Shown piece after piece: positions 61,758 to 64,000 of a stretch of 64,000 bases of DNA; position 1 is the stretch's first letter, and each line of letters starts with the position of its first letter. The notes beneath the pieces are model-generated. The model did no database searches, was not told where the DNA came from, and saw only the letters and a program-made list of their open reading frames with translations. The position numbers and the translations under genes are program-made. This DNA comes from Amoebophrya sp. A120 (Eukaryota > Protista > Dinoflagellata), in contig CAJINV010000003.1 of assembly GCA_905178155.1 (NCBI GenBank), positions 9,741,979 through 9,805,978 of the forward strand. The letters are read 5' to 3'.

Positions 61758-64000
61758 ATAATGATGCAGCCGACGATCTCGTCTGTCCAAATCAACCTTT
61801 TTCGCTTCGGTGACGAAATCAAAAGCAAGGACGTGCGCGCTCCACTATAATCAGTCACGCAAGCACAGCAACTACATCACCACGACATTGCAGCAACAGA
61901 TCACGGCCCGGAGCGCCAAAAAACTTTACCTGGCGTCGAGGGTATCCTGCAGGAAATCACTAGCAGCACACTAAGTAACGGTCTTCGTGTACATCTGAAA
62001 CTAAAAAATGGGTCCCCCGTGTCTTGAGAGAGTGGCATCCTCTGGGGCTATTTTAGTCAGTTGAGTTTGCTTTTTCATTTTTTGAGAAGGATGCCGGGGT
62101 CAGTTGCGACTTCCTTGCGTAGCGACGTCGAAACTGTGCAGGACCAAAAAGCAACCTGCTATGATACTAGCTTGTCGCAATGCAAATGGTGGCGATTTGA
62201 AGGAGCTGGGCTTACCTCTGTTTCCTCTTTCGGCGCGCGGCAGGAATGCCCTGCGTAGCGAAAGCCGAGCGCTTGCGAGAAGAAAGAAGCGGGGCGCGCT
62301 CGTGCTGACTTTGAACAACCGCGAGAATGCTTCCCACCCAGCCAAGCAGACCGCTCGGAGGGGCCCGGCCATTCTTCAGGCGCCCACCTGCGGCACTTGA
62401 GGCTGGAAGCCCCGCCCCACCGCTCTCCCCGCCCGGCTAGCGCCCGCCCGCGCTTCTCCTCCCTGGTTTACCAAAAGCAGCTCGGCGCGGGGGCGGGCTT
62501 GTTAGGGAGGCCGCAGGCGTTTTCTTGCCCTGGGCTGGTTGAAGAGCCCAGGCCCGCGGCGGTTTTGCTCTCCCCGGGCTCCCCGCGTGCTAGCGGATGA
62601 CGTTAGGCGGCAAGAATAGGCGGCCGGCTATGAAGCAAATGCCGCACTTTCCAAGCTTTTGCGCCTTCGAAAACAAAGCGAGCCCACCTCCGGAGACCGG
62701 CCCCGACGGTATGAGGCCCGCCCGGCGGGCTCCTGGGTTTGGCAGGCTTTTCCCCTTTTGCCTATTCTTCCTTTTTTCGCAGGGCGCCAATTTGCAAGGC
62801 GCGCCAGTATCAGAAGCCGACGAAGGGGCGGCCGCTTCAGCGAGCGGCCAAAACGCTGCGACACCGCAACCGCGCCGCGTGGCTTTCCAGTTCAGATGTC
62901 GCGCGGGCGTGCTTTTTTTTTGGGCGCCTTTTCGCGCGTCCCAAACCGCCCGCCAGAAAAAACGCAGCGGGCGCCCGAGAAGGGCGCCGCCCCTCCCGGC
63001 TCACCGTCGTGGCGCGCCCTTTGATTTGGCCGGCGCGCGATAGGCAGGGCCCCCCCGTGTTTCGTTGGCCACGGGGCCAATCAGGGAGGGTCGGGCGCTT
63101 GGCAGATTGGCCTTTGTTCAACTTGAGGCCCTGGGGCGGTGGCTGCGCTGTGTCGGCTGCCTACCGGCTTCGGGATTTGGCAAAAGCACGGAAGCCAAGA
63201 AAATGGGCGGGGCCGGCCCCGCTTGGCACGAGTTGAAAAACCCGGCCGGCCCCCCTGGCGAACGAAGTACCCGCGGGAGCGAAGGCAGGCGGGCCGAGGC
63301 TCCACACATTCCAGGGCCCCCGCCAAAACCGGAACAAGAGCAGGGGCGGCGGACCAAAAAAGGCAGGAGCGGCGCGGGCCAATGTCCCTACGCCCTCCGC
63401 CCGTGTGCTTGGTTCCCCGAGAGAGGACGCGCCCGGGGTGGGTGCGAGAGGCCTTGGCGCCTCGCGAAATTCCCCGGCCAAATTTGAAAAAACGGAATCC
63501 CTAAACACCGGCCACAAAACCCGACCCGAAGGAAAGCGCCAAAAGAAGGGGCTTCTGTTGAGGTGCCCCCGGGGCCTTCTATTCCGGCCCCTCGTAATGG
63601 CTCTACTGCAGCCCTTCTCCTGTTGGGCTTCTATCCAGATCGGGATCGCGGCCGTTTCGTCGCCCTCCCGACATGAATAGAAGCCCCCCCCGGGCCCTTT
63701 TGCTTCCCATTTTTTCGACGTACGGAGAACAGAACCCCCGCCCGCCGAATCGACGAAACTCCCCCCGGCCGAAACGGGCGCAGCCCCGAAAACTTTGAAA
63801 CGTTCCGAATGCTCCGGCAGAGCACAAATTCCACCGCGCGGGGCGGCCATCCTTCCGACTGGGCAGCCGGGTGCCCAACACGGGGAAGCGGCCGGAACAA
63901 CTCGGGGCCGGGCCGCCAGAGCCTGGCGCGACGCCGCCACAAACCGGGGGCGCGAAGAAACCCGAACCAAAGACGAGCAGCGCCGCAGAACACTTCGCGC

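Overview
This is eukaryotic nuclear DNA, most likely from a dinoflagellate-lineage organism (Syndiniales, Amoebophrya-like). That assignment is inferred from a 17-nt perfect match to the dinoflagellate spliced leader at 48026-48042, from every recognisable host gene lying on the minus strand across about 60 kb, and from mostly non-canonical introns. Genes I can reconstruct are: a CFAP58-like coiled-coil gene (running off the left end), a 5-exon UBXN11-like SEP+UBX gene (about 949 aa), a secreted GT2-type (DxDE) glycosyltransferase, a single-exon membrane protein, a poorly resolved multi-exon gene, and a multi-exon type I membrane protein. The main signal is a set of 0.8-5 kb introns that are not GT-AG. 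They are mobile-element-like inserts that usually begin TA(T), end in an inverted repeat, and are flanked by two 5-bp sequences that often differ; removing the insert plus 5 bp restores the reading frame. The largest (19451-24515) carries a decayed tyrosine-recombinase-like ORF and palindromic subterminal motifs, which suggests these introns come from a tyrosine-recombinase-mobilised element family. Most six-frame ORFs fall in GC-rich intron interiors and are probably spurious. All homology calls are from motif recognition by eye; no searches were run.
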